The notes: generated from the letters alone by a model not told the origin. A stretch of 64,000 bases of DNA from a virus (IMGVR_UViG_2875703104_000004); one strand, 5' to 3'. Shown: positions 1 through 10,527, numbered from the stretch's first letter. Made by a program: numbers and translations.

Positions 1-1119
1 TCAAATAACCAACTTAACCCATTCCTGACCTCGAGTATCGTTATAGCGATCGGTGGTTGCCTGGACTTTATGTCCTAGTAATGTTTTTGTATCGATACCC
101 TGTGCACGGTACAGCCGTTCTGATAGAGAGCGTTGTTCATGAAATGTTGGCGAAGTTTTTCCTGCTGGTGGAATTATCCCAGCCAGATCCCGTGCTTTGG
201 CAAAGTAGTCGCTCAGGTTGTCTTTACTCATCGGCTTCGGTTGTTTCTGGTGCCGACTATGGATTAGATATGGACTTAATATTCTGTCTCGGCACCCATC
301 AATAACTTCTTTTAACGTTATCCCAATGGCATCACAGCGTAGTGTAAGCGGTAACGCCAGACGCATTCCGGTTTTTCCCTGGGTGATATGCAAGTGTTCG
401 TTCCACACATCTGAAAAACGCATGTGGCAAATGTCATCACGGCGCTGACCAGTAACAATCGCAAGAAGCATTGCGTTACGGATAAAGTGTTTTTCAGGCG
501 TTGCATTGTAAATTTTTTGCCAGTCTTCCATGGTGAGCCTGGCTCTGGTTACTTTAGGGATCGGTTTACGGGTAGCCTCCGGAGGATTCCATCCAGGAGG
601 AACTTCCCCTGCATGCTGTGCTTCTTTATAAATATCAACCCATAATCCACGATTTACTCTCGCTGTGCTGACCATGTCTTTATCCAGCCACTCATCCAGT
701 ATTAATGCAAAGTCTCTTACTTCCAGTTCTTTCAATGGGTGGTTTCCCAGACGGGAAACCAGGTATGCAGCCATTCGAGTTTTTTCTTTGTGAGTTGTAG
801 CTGCAATATCTCCATTTTTCAGTCGCGTGTCCTGTATTTTCAGATATCGATCAACCCATGCCTTTAATCTGATACCCCGACGTTTTGTTGCTGACGGACT
901 TTCATCAATTTTGCGCATGAAATATTCAGCTTCTGCTGCAGCTATTCGCTGATTGGCTGTGGAAGCGATTTTTTCTGCCTTACCTTTGTCTGTTCCGAGT
1001 CCGTGAAATTTTCCAGTCACAGGATTTTTATACTGGTAGTAAACTCTGCCAGTTCTGCGATCAAACTTTTCGTAAAGACCGGCTACGTCAGTGCTGTTTT
1101 TTCGTGGCCTCGGTGACAT
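1..1119 (-). CDS. int: Prophage integrase, lambda-Int-like tyrosine recombinase (372 aa); its stop codon is bases 1-3 of the window
   Basis: ORF-track ORF; C-terminal catalytic region with ...HEQRSLSERLY...LLGHK...DRY... resembles lambda Int by recall; followed by overlapping xis-like ORF. Confidence 0.9.
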   Translation of the reverse strand: MSPRPRKNSTDVAGLYEKFDRRTGRVYYQYKNPVTGKFHGLGTDKGKAEKIASTANQRIAAAEAEYFMRKIDESPSATKRRGIRLKAWVDRYLKIQDTRLKNGDIAATTHKEKTRMAAYLVSRLGNHPLKELEVRDFALILDEWLDKDMVSTARVNRGLWVDIYKEAQHAGEVPPGWNPPEATRKPIPKVTRARLTMEDWQKIYNATPEKHFIRNAMLLAIVTGQRRDDICHMRFSDVWNEHLHITQGKTGMRLALPLTLRCDAIGITLKEVIDGCRDRILSPYLIHSRHQKQPKPMSKDNLSDYFAKARDLAGIIPPAGKTSPTFHEQRSLSERLYRAQGIDTKTLLGHKVQATTDRYNDTRGQEWVKLVI

Positions 1120-1366
1120 GAGTTAAAATCTCCTTCAGTGCATCATCATCGCCAGTATGAATTTCCGGCGCAATTCCCGTTTCACCAGGCCCAACAAATA
1201 CTGCTCGGCGATCTATCAGCCAACGCCCACGAATTTTTTGTGGCCTTGGAACGATGTATCCTAGTTTTCCGTATTTCACCAGGGTAGTGTTTGTTATTGG
1301 GAGACTGAACCGTTTTGGTTTCCACTCGTCGAGCGTTATCAGGTACTGTTCGCTCATGGCTATCAC
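1088..1366 (-). CDS. xis: Excisionase-like small protein (Xis position, overlaps int start)
   Basis: 92-aa ORF overlapping the 5' end of int, the typical int-xis arrangement; assignment by position and size only. Confidence 0.55.
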   Translation of the reverse strand: MIAMSEQYLITLDEWKPKRFSLPITNTTLVKYGKLGYIVPRPQKIRGRWLIDRRAVFVGPGETGIAPEIHTGDDDALKEILTHVTEATKKQH

Positions 1367-1409
1367 TCCGGAACGCGCCAGTTGCAGAATATCAACGACA
1401 ACTGGCGAC

Positions 1410-1585
1410 GGTTGAACATTAAAAATCAGCCTGACTCGGGATCAGTTTTTGCCAGATAACTGAAACGTATTTTGCCTGGTAACGGGCGTCATCAAGTGCA
1501 TTATGGCGCTCACCTTCGAATGGAATAGCCGTTCTGGCATCGAAGTCTATGGCTTTCCCCAGCTCAACGATTGTGCGTACATCGC
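1410..1585. repeat. Displaced copy (about 176 bp, 1 mismatch) of the 3' end of the exonuclease gene; second copy at 1783-1958
   Basis: Near-identical direct repeat read in the sequence; the second copy encodes the C-terminus of the 863-aa ORF. Confidence 0.8.
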
Positions 1586-1789
1586 CACTCGCCAGCGTCT
1601 TCCAACTTTTTTGGGGAGAGGAAATATCATTCCGGCTTAGCGTATTTACTTAACGTACTCGGAGTTGGGACCGGTTCACTGAATTCCTCTTTTGCCCACT
1701 CAGTGAGCAGAATAAGTCTTGCCATGAGCGTCGTTCGCTAATCATGGTCGCCGCCACTATAGCTGGTGGGCAACGACCGGGGTTGAACA

Positions 1790-4381
1790 TTAAAAATCAG
1801 CCTGATTCGGGATCAGTTTTTGCCAGATAACTGAAACGTATTTTGCCTGGTAACGGGCGTCATCAAGTGCATTATGGCGCTCACCTTCGAATGGAATAGC
1901 CGTTCTGGCATCGAAGTCTATGGCTTTCCCCAGCTCAACGATTGTGCGTACATCGCGATCGTTGTAGTAACGCCACGGGCAGGGGATCCCCTGCCGTTCG
2001 TATGAACGGCGCAAAATCGTGTTGTCGAAGTTGGCTCCATTTCCCCAGACCTGAACAAAAAATTCACCGGAGTTTTCGTCGATAAATTCCCGCAATTGTA
2101 ACAGTGCATCATCTAACGGGATTTCATCGGTCATAATGGCAGATTGCGCTTCGCGTGATTGCTTAAGCCACCATTTAATGGTGTCCCGATCAATGACNCC
2201 GCCAGCAGTTTCCAGATCGATAGTCTTACTAAATTCCGGTCCCATATCTCCGGTTTGCGGATCGAAAAATATTGCACCTATTGAGATGATCGGGGCATCA
2301 GGATTTTTTCCCATGGTTTCAAGGTCGATCATTAGATGGTCACACGTCCTGCTGGTGGATGTGATTTCTTGATGACCGTTCACCTTAATTGAGTGATCTG
2401 CCGTCTCGCCAGTTTCATTATCGCTATCGTGATGCTGATTGCCGNCAGTGTTCTCCTTGTGTGGATGTTCAGCGCCTTCCATTTCCTCCGGATCATCTTC
2501 CTGAACTTCAACCTGATACTCTTCATCGAATGTTTCCTGGTATGTTGCGTCGCCCATCACCGCGCCACAATCAGGGCAGTTGCCGCCGCCGGTCTGACCG
2601 CAGGCGGTGCAGACTTTTTCCACTTCCTGTTGCGNNNNNNNNNNNNNNNNNNNNNCTTCAACCTGATACTCTTCATCGAATGTTTCCTGGTATGTTGCGT
2701 CGCCCATCACCGCGCCACAATCAGGGCAGTTGCCGCCGCCGGTCTGACCGCAGGCGGTGCAGACTTTTTCCACTTCCTGTTGCGCCACTGGTTCGGATTG
2801 TTTCGTTTCTGGCTCGTTTTGTAACGCATTTGGGCTGTTTTGTTCCGCTTTTTGGTCGTTCCGTTCCGATTCATGCTGGTTCTGGTTCACAGAATCGCGA
2901 GTCTGGATCCCTTTGACCCATTTCGGATCATTAGGGTCGCTAATCCCCTCAACAAATTCACCACGCGATACAGCAAGTAACTTATCGGCGTCAGGCTGGC
3001 TGATATTGGCTGCCTGCATAATTTTGTTTACTTCGTCAGCGGTGACTTTTACTTGGTTAGCGGAACTCACCTGCGACTGAGCATCCAGCGACTGCGCGTT
3101 CTGGCCATGTTCAGTTGTATCCGGTTCCATTGTTTCAGTTGTTGCCTGTTCACCTGCCATTGCGTCAGATGGTTGTGGTTTTTCTTCTTCTGTTTCACGC
3201 TCAGTAACCACCTCGCGGTTAATTTCTTCCAGGATATCTTTTTCCGGCGTATGCCGGGCAGCTGTGAGAGTTTCCTTGCTGGGGTTCTCGTGATCAGTTT
3301 CCGTCAAATAGGCGTTGATATACCCCTGAAGGCGTCCCGGGTAGTGATAAAATTCAGGGTGTGCGCTTCGGATAAGTGCAAAAATAGCGGCGCGGGAATA
3401 GTCCAGAATACCCGGGGTTGCACGAAGTGCTGCGGACCATTCTTTGAACGGACTTTCTTTGTTCAGGACTACTTCTTTTGCGCGACGATAAACGCTGCCC
3501 GGAATTTCATAAATATTAAAATCCATCGGAAGTGTGGCTGCTGCAATCTCCACATCCAGTGTGTCGAGGGTGTGTACTAAATTCGGATTGCGATCGGTTT
3601 TGTTCCCACCGCCAGCATTAGCACCGGAAGCCGTGCGGGTGATGCGTGAAACACGATTTCCTTTCATCCACTCTTTTGTCAGCAAACCCCGATCAGTGTA
3701 GTCAGCGTCTAGGTATGCTTCGAAAAAAGCAGTTATTAGTCCCAGGTCTGAATTACCAGGATTAGGGAAAACTTTGTCAGTGTCACGAACCAGTTTGTGG
3801 AGGTCGCGAATCTCCAGCGAGTCGAGCAGACTGGTTTTATGCGAAATAGCCAGGGCAGTAACAGCCGGTAGTTCTTCAGCCCGTGCAATGTGTAATGCCT
3901 GGAGTTCGTCGCGTGAAACGTGCGTTACTGGTTTTTCGCTGCCGTGTTGAGCAAGCCAACGAATGGGCAGTTCCTGACCGGAGACAGGCAGAAGCATGCT
4001 CTCCTCAATCTCAGTCATGGCTTCGCCGTTGATGTTGGTATTGTCAGTGCTGGCTGGTTTGTCCTGAACAGAGGGGGAAGGGCCGATAAATGTCATTGTG
4101 ATGCCATCTTTCCCGCCTTTTTCATAGCGGTTGCAGAATTCAGTATCAAACACGCCTTCTGGCGGAAGGTCGTCAACAACGGGCAAATTGACGCGGACGG
4201 GTTTTTTAAAGTCGTCTTCATCATAATCGTTGTCATCCATTGCGGTAATGCAGCGGGAGATTGCAACAGATAATTTTTTTGCTGTAGTCCAGTAAAAACC
4301 ACCTTTAATTCCTAGGCGTTTTCTTACTTTGTCATTTTTTGCTTCGCAATATAGTGCAAATTCTTCTTTATCAGTGCTCAT
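1790..4381 (-). CDS. RecE-family exonuclease: N-terminal region RecE-like, C-terminal DEDDh (DnaQ-like) 3'-5' exonuclease domain; interrupted by an N-run and carries single Ns
   Basis: 863-aa ORF; N-terminal stretch ([22 protein letters not shown]...) matches E. coli RecE as I recall it; C-terminus has DLETMG ... HNALDDARY motifs typical of DnaQ-like exonucleases. Confidence 0.8.
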   Translation of the reverse strand: MSTDKEEFALYCEAKNDKVRKRLGIKGGFYWTTAKKLSVAISRCITAMDDNDYDEDDFKKPVRVNLPVVDDLPPEGVFDTEFCNRYEKGGKDGITMTFIGPSPSVQDKPASTDNTNINGEAMTEIEESMLLPVSGQELPIRWLAQHGSEKPVTHVSRDELQALHIARAEELPAVTALAISHKTSLLDSLEIRDLHKLVRDTDKVFPNPGNSDLGLITAFFEAYLDADYTDRGLLTKEWMKGNRVSRITRTASGANAGGGNKTDRNPNLVHTLDTLDVEIAAATLPMDFNIYEIPGSVYRRAKEVVLNKESPFKEWSAALRATPGILDYSRAAIFALIRSAHPEFYHYPGRLQGYINAYLTETDHENPSKETLTAARHTPEKDILEEINREVVTERETEEEKPQPSDAMAGEQATTETMEPDTTEHGQNAQSLDAQSQVSSANQVKVTADEVNKIMQAANISQPDADKLLAVSRGEFVEGISDPNDPKWVKGIQTRDSVNQNQHESERNDQKAEQNSPNALQNEPETKQSEPVAQQEVEKVCTACGQTGGGNCPDCGAVMGDATYQETFDEEYQVEXXXXXXXXQQEVEKVCTACGQTGGGNCPDCGAVMGDATYQETFDEEYQVEVQEDDPEEMEGAEHPHKENTXGNQHHDSDNETGETADHSIKVNGHQEITSTSRTCDHLMIDLETMGKNPDAPIISIGAIFFDPQTGDMGPEFSKTIDLETAGXVIDRDTIKWWLKQSREAQSAIMTDEIPLDDALLQLREFIDENSGEFFVQVWGNGANFDNTILRRSYERQGIPCPWRYYNDRDVRTIVELGKAIDFDARTAIPFEGERHNALDDARYQAKYVSVIWQKLIPNQADF
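2506..2784. other. Assembly gap (21 N at 2635-2655) flanked by identical 129-bp copies (2506-2634 and 2656-2784) inside the exonuclease gene
   Basis: Seen directly; produces a duplicated 42-aa peptide block either side of the X run in the ORF translation. Confidence 0.85.
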
Positions 4382-4474
4382 TATTGGTAAACCTCATCAC
4401 AGATTTAAGGGTGAACAAATCTCTGCCATTGCTGACATATAAGAATGAAACTGGATATTTATTACGGTGCTGTT

Positions 4475-4666
4475 TTAAAATCCTGCCGGGATTTCGTTAT
4501 TATCCTGGTGAATAACTTTATCGACCGGATAACAGTTGCCTGGAATTTTCTGTTCGGTTGCTGCTGCCATACATTCCTGCATTGTTCTGTGAACACTGAC
4601 TGCAATATCAACTGACTCTCCGGAAACAAGAAAAACCGTCAGAATAAGTGCAAATACTGGATTCAT
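4475..4666 (-). CDS. Small hypothetical protein with hydrophobic N-terminus (63 aa)
   Basis: Internal start MNPVFALILTVFLVSG (signal-peptide-like) translationally coupled to the upstream ORF. Confidence 0.4.
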   Translation of the reverse strand: MNPVFALILTVFLVSGESVDIAVSVHRTMQECMAAATEQKIPGNCYPVDKVIHQDNNEIPAGF

Positions 4667-4851
4667 TGTGCACATCCTTTTGGCATCAGACGTAAACGGG
4701 CCAGCATTGAAACAATGCATACTTTATTTAATAACTCCCGTTCGTGTTTTCTTTTGTTAATGGCATCTTCAGTAAATACAGGATTACTGATAGTGACACC
4801 AATTTCAAAACAACCTTCAGACGTATTAACGTTTGGTAATAACGTTTTCAT
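4663..4851 (-). CDS. Small hypothetical prophage protein (62 aa)
   Basis: Internal ATG of ORF 4663-4956 preceded by GAGGG at suitable spacing; ATGA overlap with the next small ORF. Confidence 0.4.
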   Translation of the reverse strand: MKTLLPNVNTSEGCFEIGVTISNPVFTEDAINKRKHERELLNKVCIVSMLARLRLMPKGCAQ

Positions 4852-5120
4852 TATCGCGCCCTCAACAATGAGTTTTGTGATGCGGTGCCTGGTGCCTCCA
4901 GGTGACGTTAACCAGTTAACAATTAACGCCGGATACAGAGAATCCACCCATAACACTGTTTTTGGTTTTAACTGTTCCGCGTGCGCTTAGCCGCATTCAC
5001 CGCATCACAAAATTCACTTTAAAAAGGGCGGCAGAGCAGTCACGGAGTAAAACTGATACCGCCAAACGTCACCAGAAAATTGATAACAGAGGGCGTTGCA
5101 GTGGGGTTGTCACTTAAGCG

Positions 5121-5384
5121 TATGGTCAACCTGACAACCCGGTGTCCTCAACGGGGGAAGGAATAACCCCGCCATACTTACCGCCGCGCCATTTCGCGGA
5201 TTGCCACAACCGGAAGCGCACGGTCGACGAAAATTTAACGACAGGCTATCTATGGTCAACCTGACAACCCGGTGTCCTCAACGGGGGAAGGAATAACCCC
5301 GCCATACTTACCGCCGCGCCATTTCGCGGATTGCCACAACCGGAAGCGCACGGTCGACGAAAATTTAACGACAGGCTATCTATG
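5121..5384. repeat. Perfect tandem duplication of a 132-bp unit (5121-5252, 5253-5384)
   Basis: Seen directly; non-coding context; probably an assembly artefact. Confidence 0.8.
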
Positions 5385-5549
5385 AACCAGCTACCTCGCC
5401 GTGCGCTTTCGCGTTATGGTCTGACTTTTCAGGGAAATATCCTTTCAGTAAACTGTCAGTGCCGGATGCTCACCCGTGTCCGGCGCACGCACTCCACCTC
5501 ACCCGTGGAGAACTCCTTAATTACCAACCTTAGCTTCGTTGGTTATCTA

Positions 5550-5768
5550 TTAACGCGGGTATGTAATCATTCTGGCAATGCTTAATGCCGCTGCTTTTTC
5601 CAGCCTGGTGATATCCTGCTCCAGAGCGGACAGATTTTCAGCCTGCTTAGCTCTGGCTTCATTAGCCCATTTCAGATCCTGCGCTGCATTAATTTTCTGG
5701 CGCATCCACTCATAAAGTTCATCATCGGTATAGTCTGGCGCGATGATGACGGGTTCTCGTTTCTGCAT
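5550..5768 (-). CDS. Hypothetical prophage early-region protein (72 aa)
   Basis: ORF-track ORF in the same orientation as neighbouring early genes; no motif recognised. Confidence 0.4.
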   Translation of the reverse strand: MQKREPVIIAPDYTDDELYEWMRQKINAAQDLKWANEARAKQAENLSALEQDITRLEKAAALSIARMITYPR

Positions 5769-5794
5769 ACTGATTCCTCGCGGTGCTGTTTCGC

Positions 5795-5926
5795 TTATCA
5801 GCCGTTAGATTTTGCCGAACTGGAAAGCGCCTGTTTAAATTCGTTGAAGCTGTGAGCTTCTTCGCCTTCGGCAAGGCCTTCGAAGTATTCTTCGTAAGCC
5901 TTTTCCATGATTGTGTCAAAATCCAT
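5795..5926 (-). CDS. Small acidic hypothetical protein (43 aa; MDFDTIMEKAYEEYFEGLAEGEE...)
   Basis: My own translation; ATG lies 1 nt after the stop of the upstream 78-aa ORF; preferred over the overlapping basic 69-aa GTG-start ORF. Confidence 0.3.
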
Positions 5927-5927
5927 A

Positions 5928-6164
5928 TCACTCACCTGAGTTTCTTTCCAGCCAGCGACGGGCACCATTTTCGGTTTTAAACGTTTTGCTTTTTGTATAC
6001 GTCATTGCGGTGAAGGTGCCGTCCTGGTTTGGAAACACGCCGTACACCAGAGATTCGTTGTTGCCAAGATCGATAGTATCCATGCTGACCTCATTTCCCC
6101 TTAACGCCGGGGTAGCGGAACAAAAACCTGCTGCATAGTTATTAAAGTTGAACCCTGCCGTCAT
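5928..6164 (-). CDS. Hypothetical prophage protein (78 aa)
   Basis: ORF-track ORF; no motif recognised. Confidence 0.45.
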   Translation of the reverse strand: MTAGFNFNNYAAGFCSATPALRGNEVSMDTIDLGNNESLVYGVFPNQDGTFTAMTYTKSKTFKTENGARRWLERNSGE

Positions 6165-6375
6165 GTTCTTACGCCTCGGGCTGGCTACTTAACCCCTGAC
6201 CACTGCCTGGTAACTCGAAGTATTGCCCTGCATTCTGTAGGATGGGGTGAGGGAATGAATGAAGTTTAGAAAAACGAACTTTTCAGGTCAATGTTTTTTT
6301 ATCAAAACATTTTAAGCAGGCAGCTGTTAAGCCATCACCACGATGGCATACAGTTAATCAAATAGATGAGGTTGG

Positions 6376-7014
6376 TTAAATATCTTGTTGAATTTTAAAG
6401 CATACGCCCAATATGCAAGATAGATCATCCAGCATAATTGAAGGGTAGCGAGGATTCGTGGGGACTAAAAGAATATCCGGCCCTTCTATCTCCAGTTTAC
6501 GAATGACAGGTGTTGTGGTCCCTTTGGGTAAGGCAAGGACAATATTTCCTGGTTGTACGGTTCGATCGGGATCAACAAAAACTGTTGAACCATTTGGGAT
6601 GGAAACTCCCCCACCAGATGTTGACATACTGTCACTCTCTAGAACAACTGCAAAGGTATTGACCGGGATTTCTCCGACAAGCTGCACACAAGAGGTTATT
6701 GAGGAATTTTTCATATAATCACTCCAGCTTGCTGCCTGCTGAAGTGATAGTAGCGGAACCGTTTTTATCGGCGGTAAAGATAGATCAAGCGAATCACCTG
6801 TATTTAACTCTCCTCCATTAAGAAGCCAATTTTCGTTTACTTTCAATATTTTTGCCAGTGAACTTATGTAACGCGAGGACGGCGCTCCTCCACCGTTCAT
6901 CCATTGACTTACGGAGCCTTTTGATGCGCCAGTGCCATTGACAAGGTCTTTGCCTTTCAGGTTTAGCGCATGCATACGTTGGGTTATGCGTTCAGATATA
7001 GTTTGCTTGCTCAT
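6376..7014 (-). CDS. cI: CI-like prophage repressor (N-terminal HTH, C-terminal LexA/S24 peptidase-like domain)
   Basis: 212-aa ORF with HTH-like LKGKDLVNGTGASKGSVSQWMNG and a C-terminal Ser/Lys peptidase-like region; divergent from a cro-like gene. Confidence 0.8.
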   Translation of the reverse strand: MSKQTISERITQRMHALNLKGKDLVNGTGASKGSVSQWMNGGGAPSSRYISSLAKILKVNENWLLNGGELNTGDSLDLSLPPIKTVPLLSLQQAASWSDYMKNSSITSCVQLVGEIPVNTFAVVLESDSMSTSGGGVSIPNGSTVFVDPDRTVQPGNIVLALPKGTTTPVIRKLEIEGPDILLVPTNPRYPSIMLDDLSCILGVCFKIQQDI

Positions 7015-7105
7015 GTTTTGATTTTAAAACACAGATGGTTTTGTTTCTTGACTTTCTTTGGTTTTGATTATTAAACTTTTGACGTTCAGTTTTATGGAGC
7101 GACTC
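7015..7105. promoter_or_regulatory. Divergent cI/cro intergenic region with repeated TTTTGA(T/C)-type motifs (candidate operators and promoters)
   Basis: 91-bp AT-rich spacer between divergent repressor genes containing gttttgattt, ggttttgatt and cttttgacg; inferred by analogy to lambdoid OR. Confidence 0.4.
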
Positions 7106-7348
7106 ATGAAAAAATCAGAAGTATTAGGCTATTTTGGCGGAGTTGTTAAAACAGCCGCAGCTCTAGGAACGTCAAAAACCACAGTCAGCATGTGGGGGGA
7201 AGAGGTTCCGTGGAAATGGGCGTTGCTAATTCAGGCAGTCACTGCCGGGGCGCTCAAATATGAGTTACACATACCGACGGTTGTCATTCCCGGTTCTGAT
7301 CATAATCCGCCTTCTAACCAAGGGGGGATTCATGAAAATCAAGCATGA
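7106..7348 (+). CDS. cro: Cro-like HTH regulator (80 aa)
   Basis: GGAG 7 nt upstream of the ATG; HTH-like AALGTSKTTVSMW; divergent from the repressor. Confidence 0.6.
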   Translation: MKKSEVLGYFGGVVKTAAALGTSKTTVSMWGEEVPWKWALLIQAVTAGALKYELHIPTVVIPGSDHNPPSNQGGIHENQA

Positions 7349-7757
7349 ACACATCCGCATGGCGATGAATGCCTGGGCGCATCCGGACGGCGAAAAAGTA
7401 CCGGCTGCGAAAATTACCAAAGCGTATTTCGAGCTGGGAATGACGTTCCCGGAACTGTATGACGACAGCCATCCGGAAGCCCTGGCTCGCAATACCCAGA
7501 AAATTTTCCGCTGGGTAGAGAAAGACACCCCTGATGCAGTTGAAAAAATTCAGGCGTTGTTACCAGCGATCGAAAAGGCAATGCCACCTTTGCTGGTGGC
7601 CAGAATGCGCAGCCACAGTTCAGCTTATTTTCGGGAGCTGGTGGAGACGCGGGAGCGACTGGTGAGAGACGCTGATGATTTTGTCGCAGTGGCAATCGCC
7701 GGTTTCAATCAGATGAACCGTGGTGGCCCGGCAGGAAATGCTGTGGCAGTACATTGA
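7333..7757 (+). CDS. Hypothetical early protein in the cII position (141 aa)
   Basis: Internal ATG at 7333 with AAGGGGGG upstream; begins MKIKHEHIRMAMNAW; position downstream of cro. Confidence 0.5.
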
Positions 7758-7788
7758 CTGACAATAGCCATATCGAATCGCTTCCGGC

Positions 7789-8115
7789 AACTCGTGAGTA
7801 AAAAGATTCGGTATCAGAAGAGGTGAGTATGGCTAACGCCTGGCTCAGATTATGGCATGACATGCCAAATGACCCTAAGTGGCGAACAATTGCCAGGGTG
7901 TCAGGGCAGCCAATTGCAACAGTGATGGCAGTGTATATCCACCTCCTGGTGNAACTCGTGAGTAAAAAGATTCGGTATCAGAAGAGGTGAGTATGGCTAA
8001 CGCCTGGCTCAGATTATGGCATGACATGCCAAATGACCCTAAGTGGCGAACAATTGCCAGGGTGTCAGGGCAGCCAATTGCAACAGTGATGGCAGTGTAT
8101 ATCCACCTCCTGGTG
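7789..8115. repeat. Tandem duplication of about 163 bp (7789-7951 and 7953-8115) joined by an N at 7952
   Basis: Seen directly; duplicates the RBS and first 41 codons of the next gene; likely a contig-join artefact. Confidence 0.8.
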
Positions 8116-9063
8116 AGCGCGTCACGAAATGTCACGCGAGGTCACATTGATGTCACGACAGAAGATTTGGCAAGTGCGCTCGACGTGACAGAAGAGGTAA
8201 TTGATTCAATTTTGCAGACGATGCAGGGGCGGGTACTTGATGGTGATTTAATCACTGGATGGGAAAAACGCCAGGTGCTGAAAGAGGACAACGGCAATAT
8301 TTCGCAAACCGCAAAATCTCCGGCAGAGCGCAAGAGGGCGCAGCGAGAGAGGGAAAGAAAGCGGGAACAAAATGGCGATTGTCACGGCGAGTCACGAAAT
8401 GTCACGCACATGTCACGACGAGTCACGACAGATAAAGATACAGATAAAGATACAGATCAAGAAGATCAAAACACTATGGTCCATGGCGTAAAAAACGCCA
8501 CGAACCAGGCAGGGGATGTTCAGACCGTCACTCCTGGCCAGCCCGCAGGCACGACACCGGAAGCCGATTCAGCGTATGCGCTGAAAGCCGATTCGGGCGC
8601 TGTGCAGCAGGTGATGACCGCAAGGCAGGAGCAATCACACCAACTTCAGCAGCCTGAAGCCGATTCCGCCATTCAGCGGGAAGCCGATCGGGTAGTCCCG
8701 GAAAACACCGGGCAGCCTGTGGGACGAGTGGATTATCCTGATGTGTTCGAACAGGTCTGGCGGGAATACCCGTTGCGTGCCGGGGCAAACCCGAAGAAAT
8801 CCGCTTTCAGTGCCTGGAAAGCCAGATTACGCGAGGGGGTGCCACCAGAGGCCATGCTGGATGGCGTGAGGCGTTACGCAAGATACCTTGCGGCTACCGG
8901 GAAAACGGGAACGGAATTTGTTCAGCGAGCGACGACGTTTTTTGGACCGGACCGGAATTTTGAAAACCCCTGGCTGCTCCCGGTAAGCGGCACGAACAAC
9001 CAGCGTTGTGTGAATCATATTTCTGAACCGGATAACGAAATTCCGCCGGGCTTCAGGGGGTAA
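7993..9063 (+). CDS. Putative prophage replication / replisome-organiser protein (356 aa)
   Basis: ATG at 7993 with GAGGTG upstream; conserved-looking N-terminus MANAWLRLWHDMPNDPKWRTIA (YdaU/DUF1376-like by recall); low-complexity acidic/basic middle. Confidence 0.6.
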   Translation: MANAWLRLWHDMPNDPKWRTIARVSGQPIATVMAVYIHLLVSASRNVTRGHIDVTTEDLASALDVTEEVIDSILQTMQGRVLDGDLITGWEKRQVLKEDNGNISQTAKSPAERKRAQRERERKREQNGDCHGESRNVTHMSRRVTTDKDTDKDTDQEDQNTMVHGVKNATNQAGDVQTVTPGQPAGTTPEADSAYALKADSGAVQQVMTARQEQSHQLQQPEADSAIQREADRVVPENTGQPVGRVDYPDVFEQVWREYPLRAGANPKKSAFSAWKARLREGVPPEAMLDGVRRYARYLAATGKTGTEFVQRATTFFGPDRNFENPWLLPVSGTNNQRCVNHISEPDNEIPPGFRG

Positions 9064-9103
9064 GTGTTAATTTCTGGTCATGAGGTAATTTTCAGGAGGG
9101 CTT

Positions 9104-9526
9104 GTGGCAAAAGTTTTTACACAAGAAGAGCGGGAAAAAATTAAAGGACAGGTTCTTGAACTCGTACGCCAGAGTGGGCGCGAGACGTTACGACAACTGG
9201 AAGCTAAAACTGGGGCAACAAGATATCTGATGAGCGTTCTGGCCAGAGAGCTGGTTGCCAGTGGCGATGTATACAATTCTGGCTACGGGTTATTCCCGTC
9301 TGAACAGGCTCGTAAAGACTGGCAAAATGCCCGCAAAAAATTATCGAGGGCAAAGCTGAAGAAACCGGTTGTGGTTGATCCGGACCTTATCTGGTCGTTA
9401 CCTGACGGAGAAATACGTCGCTACGACAGTCGCCTAAACATAATCTGTCGCGAGTGCCGGAAGAGTGAAGCTATGCAGCGTGTACTGGCTTTCTATCAGG
9501 GTAATTTTCAGGAGGCGGTACTGTGA
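9104..9526 (+). CDS. Hypothetical prophage protein (140 aa)
   Basis: ORF-track ORF; GGAGGG upstream; no motif recognised. Confidence 0.5.
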   Translation: MAKVFTQEEREKIKGQVLELVRQSGRETLRQLEAKTGATRYLMSVLARELVASGDVYNSGYGLFPSEQARKDWQNARKKLSRAKLKKPVVVDPDLIWSLPDGEIRRYDSRLNIICRECRKSEAMQRVLAFYQGNFQEAVL

Positions 9527-9562
9527 GTGAATTTAGCTATCAGGCTTCAATTACCGCTGGCA

Positions 9563-9846
9563 TTCGCATCAAAGGAGAGGAGCATGGAAATAAAACCAGA
9601 GGATGAGTTAAGCAATATCGTTTTATTTCCGGTAAAAGAGGATGACCCTCGTAATCAGGTTAATTTTCTTTATGAGCCATCGGAAAGACCATATTGTCAT
9701 CACGTTCGCATCAAAGGAGAGGAGCATGGAAATAAAACCAGAGGATGAGTTAAGCAATATCGTTTTATTTCCGGTAAAAGAGGATGACCCTCGTAATCAG
9801 GTTAATTTTCTTTATGAGCCATCGGAAAGACCATATTGTCATCACG
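9563..9846. repeat. Tandem duplication of a 142-bp unit (9563-9704, 9705-9846) covering the start of a small gene
   Basis: Seen directly; first copy yields a truncated ORF, second copy the full ORF. Confidence 0.8.
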
Positions 9847-10082
9847 CCTCTGTCCGGGTTGACGAAAAAGAGCGTCAGGTCCGCTGTAAAATCTGCGGTG
9901 CAGTTGTGGAGCCATTTGACTGGATGCTCTCTGTGGCGAAAAGAGAAACCAGACTGGCAGATGATGTAAGGCTCTTGCGTCAGGAGGAGCGGGAAAGGCG
10001 AAAAAATATAGAAAAGCTAATTCAGATTGAGCGTAACGCGAAAGCGCGGATACGCAGGGCGACAAAATCCAGAACTGAATAA
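9726..10082 (+). CDS. Hypothetical protein with Cys/His cluster (CHH...CKICG; zinc-ribbon-like), 118 aa
   Basis: ORF starting MEIKPEDEL in the second repeat copy; basic C-terminus. Confidence 0.5.
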   Translation: MEIKPEDELSNIVLFPVKEDDPRNQVNFLYEPSERPYCHHASVRVDEKERQVRCKICGAVVEPFDWMLSVAKRETRLADDVRLLRQEERERRKNIEKLIQIERNAKARIRRATKSRTE

Positions 10083-10175
10083 TTAAATTTAGCTCTGTTA
10101 AAAATTTAATCCTTAACCGGAGGGATTTCTGCACCCTCAGAACATCAGGAGGCCGCCCGAAAGGGCGGTAGTTAA

Positions 10176-10358
10176 ATGCGAAAGTTTAAAATAATTATTG
10201 AAACGGGAATAGCCGGTGGAGATTTCGAGGATGAATTCGAAGTGGATGATGATGCGACGCCTGATGAAATACATGACGAAGCAAAAGATATTTTCTTTAA
10301 CTACTGCAATTACTCATATCACGAAATAAAAGACAAAGAGGAAGAACAAAATGGCTGA
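10176..10358 (+). CDS. Small acidic hypothetical protein (60 aa)
   Basis: ORF-track ORF; overlaps the start of the next small ORF. Confidence 0.4.
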   Translation: MRKFKIIIETGIAGGDFEDEFEVDDDATPDEIHDEAKDIFFNYCNYSYHEIKDKEEEQNG

Positions 10359-10527
10359 TTTTGGTTCAACTAAATACAACGTCAGTTTTGAAGAATGGCA
10401 TGAACTGTTAATGGACTATGCAGAGTTACGTGGTGGCAGTGCTGCTGATGCTGAAGCATGGCGTGATGATTATGAAGCAGGAAAAACTCCGGTCGAAGCA
10501 TATTGTGATGAGTGGGGCGATGAATGA
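10351..10527 (+). CDS. Small acidic hypothetical protein (58 aa; MADFGSTKYNVSFEEWHELLMDYAEL...)
   Basis: My own translation; stop overlaps the next ATG. Confidence 0.4.
   Translation: MADFGSTKYNVSFEEWHELLMDYAELRGGSAADAEAWRDDYEAGKTPVEAYCDEWGDE

Noticed and set aside
2389-3580. Plus-strand ORFs (175 and 143 aa) opposite the exonuclease gene
   Set aside because: Overlap the exonuclease coding strand and contain the duplicated/N-run artefact; low-complexity translations.
5121-5384. Possibility that the tandem repeats here and at 58609-58908 are a CRISPR array
   Set aside because: Only two copies of long (132-150 bp) units with no spacers and no cas genes.
5722-5931. 69-aa GTG-start ORF, very basic (K/R-rich)
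   Set aside because: Overlaps a more plausible acidic 43-aa ATG ORF in another frame that is coupled to the upstream gene.
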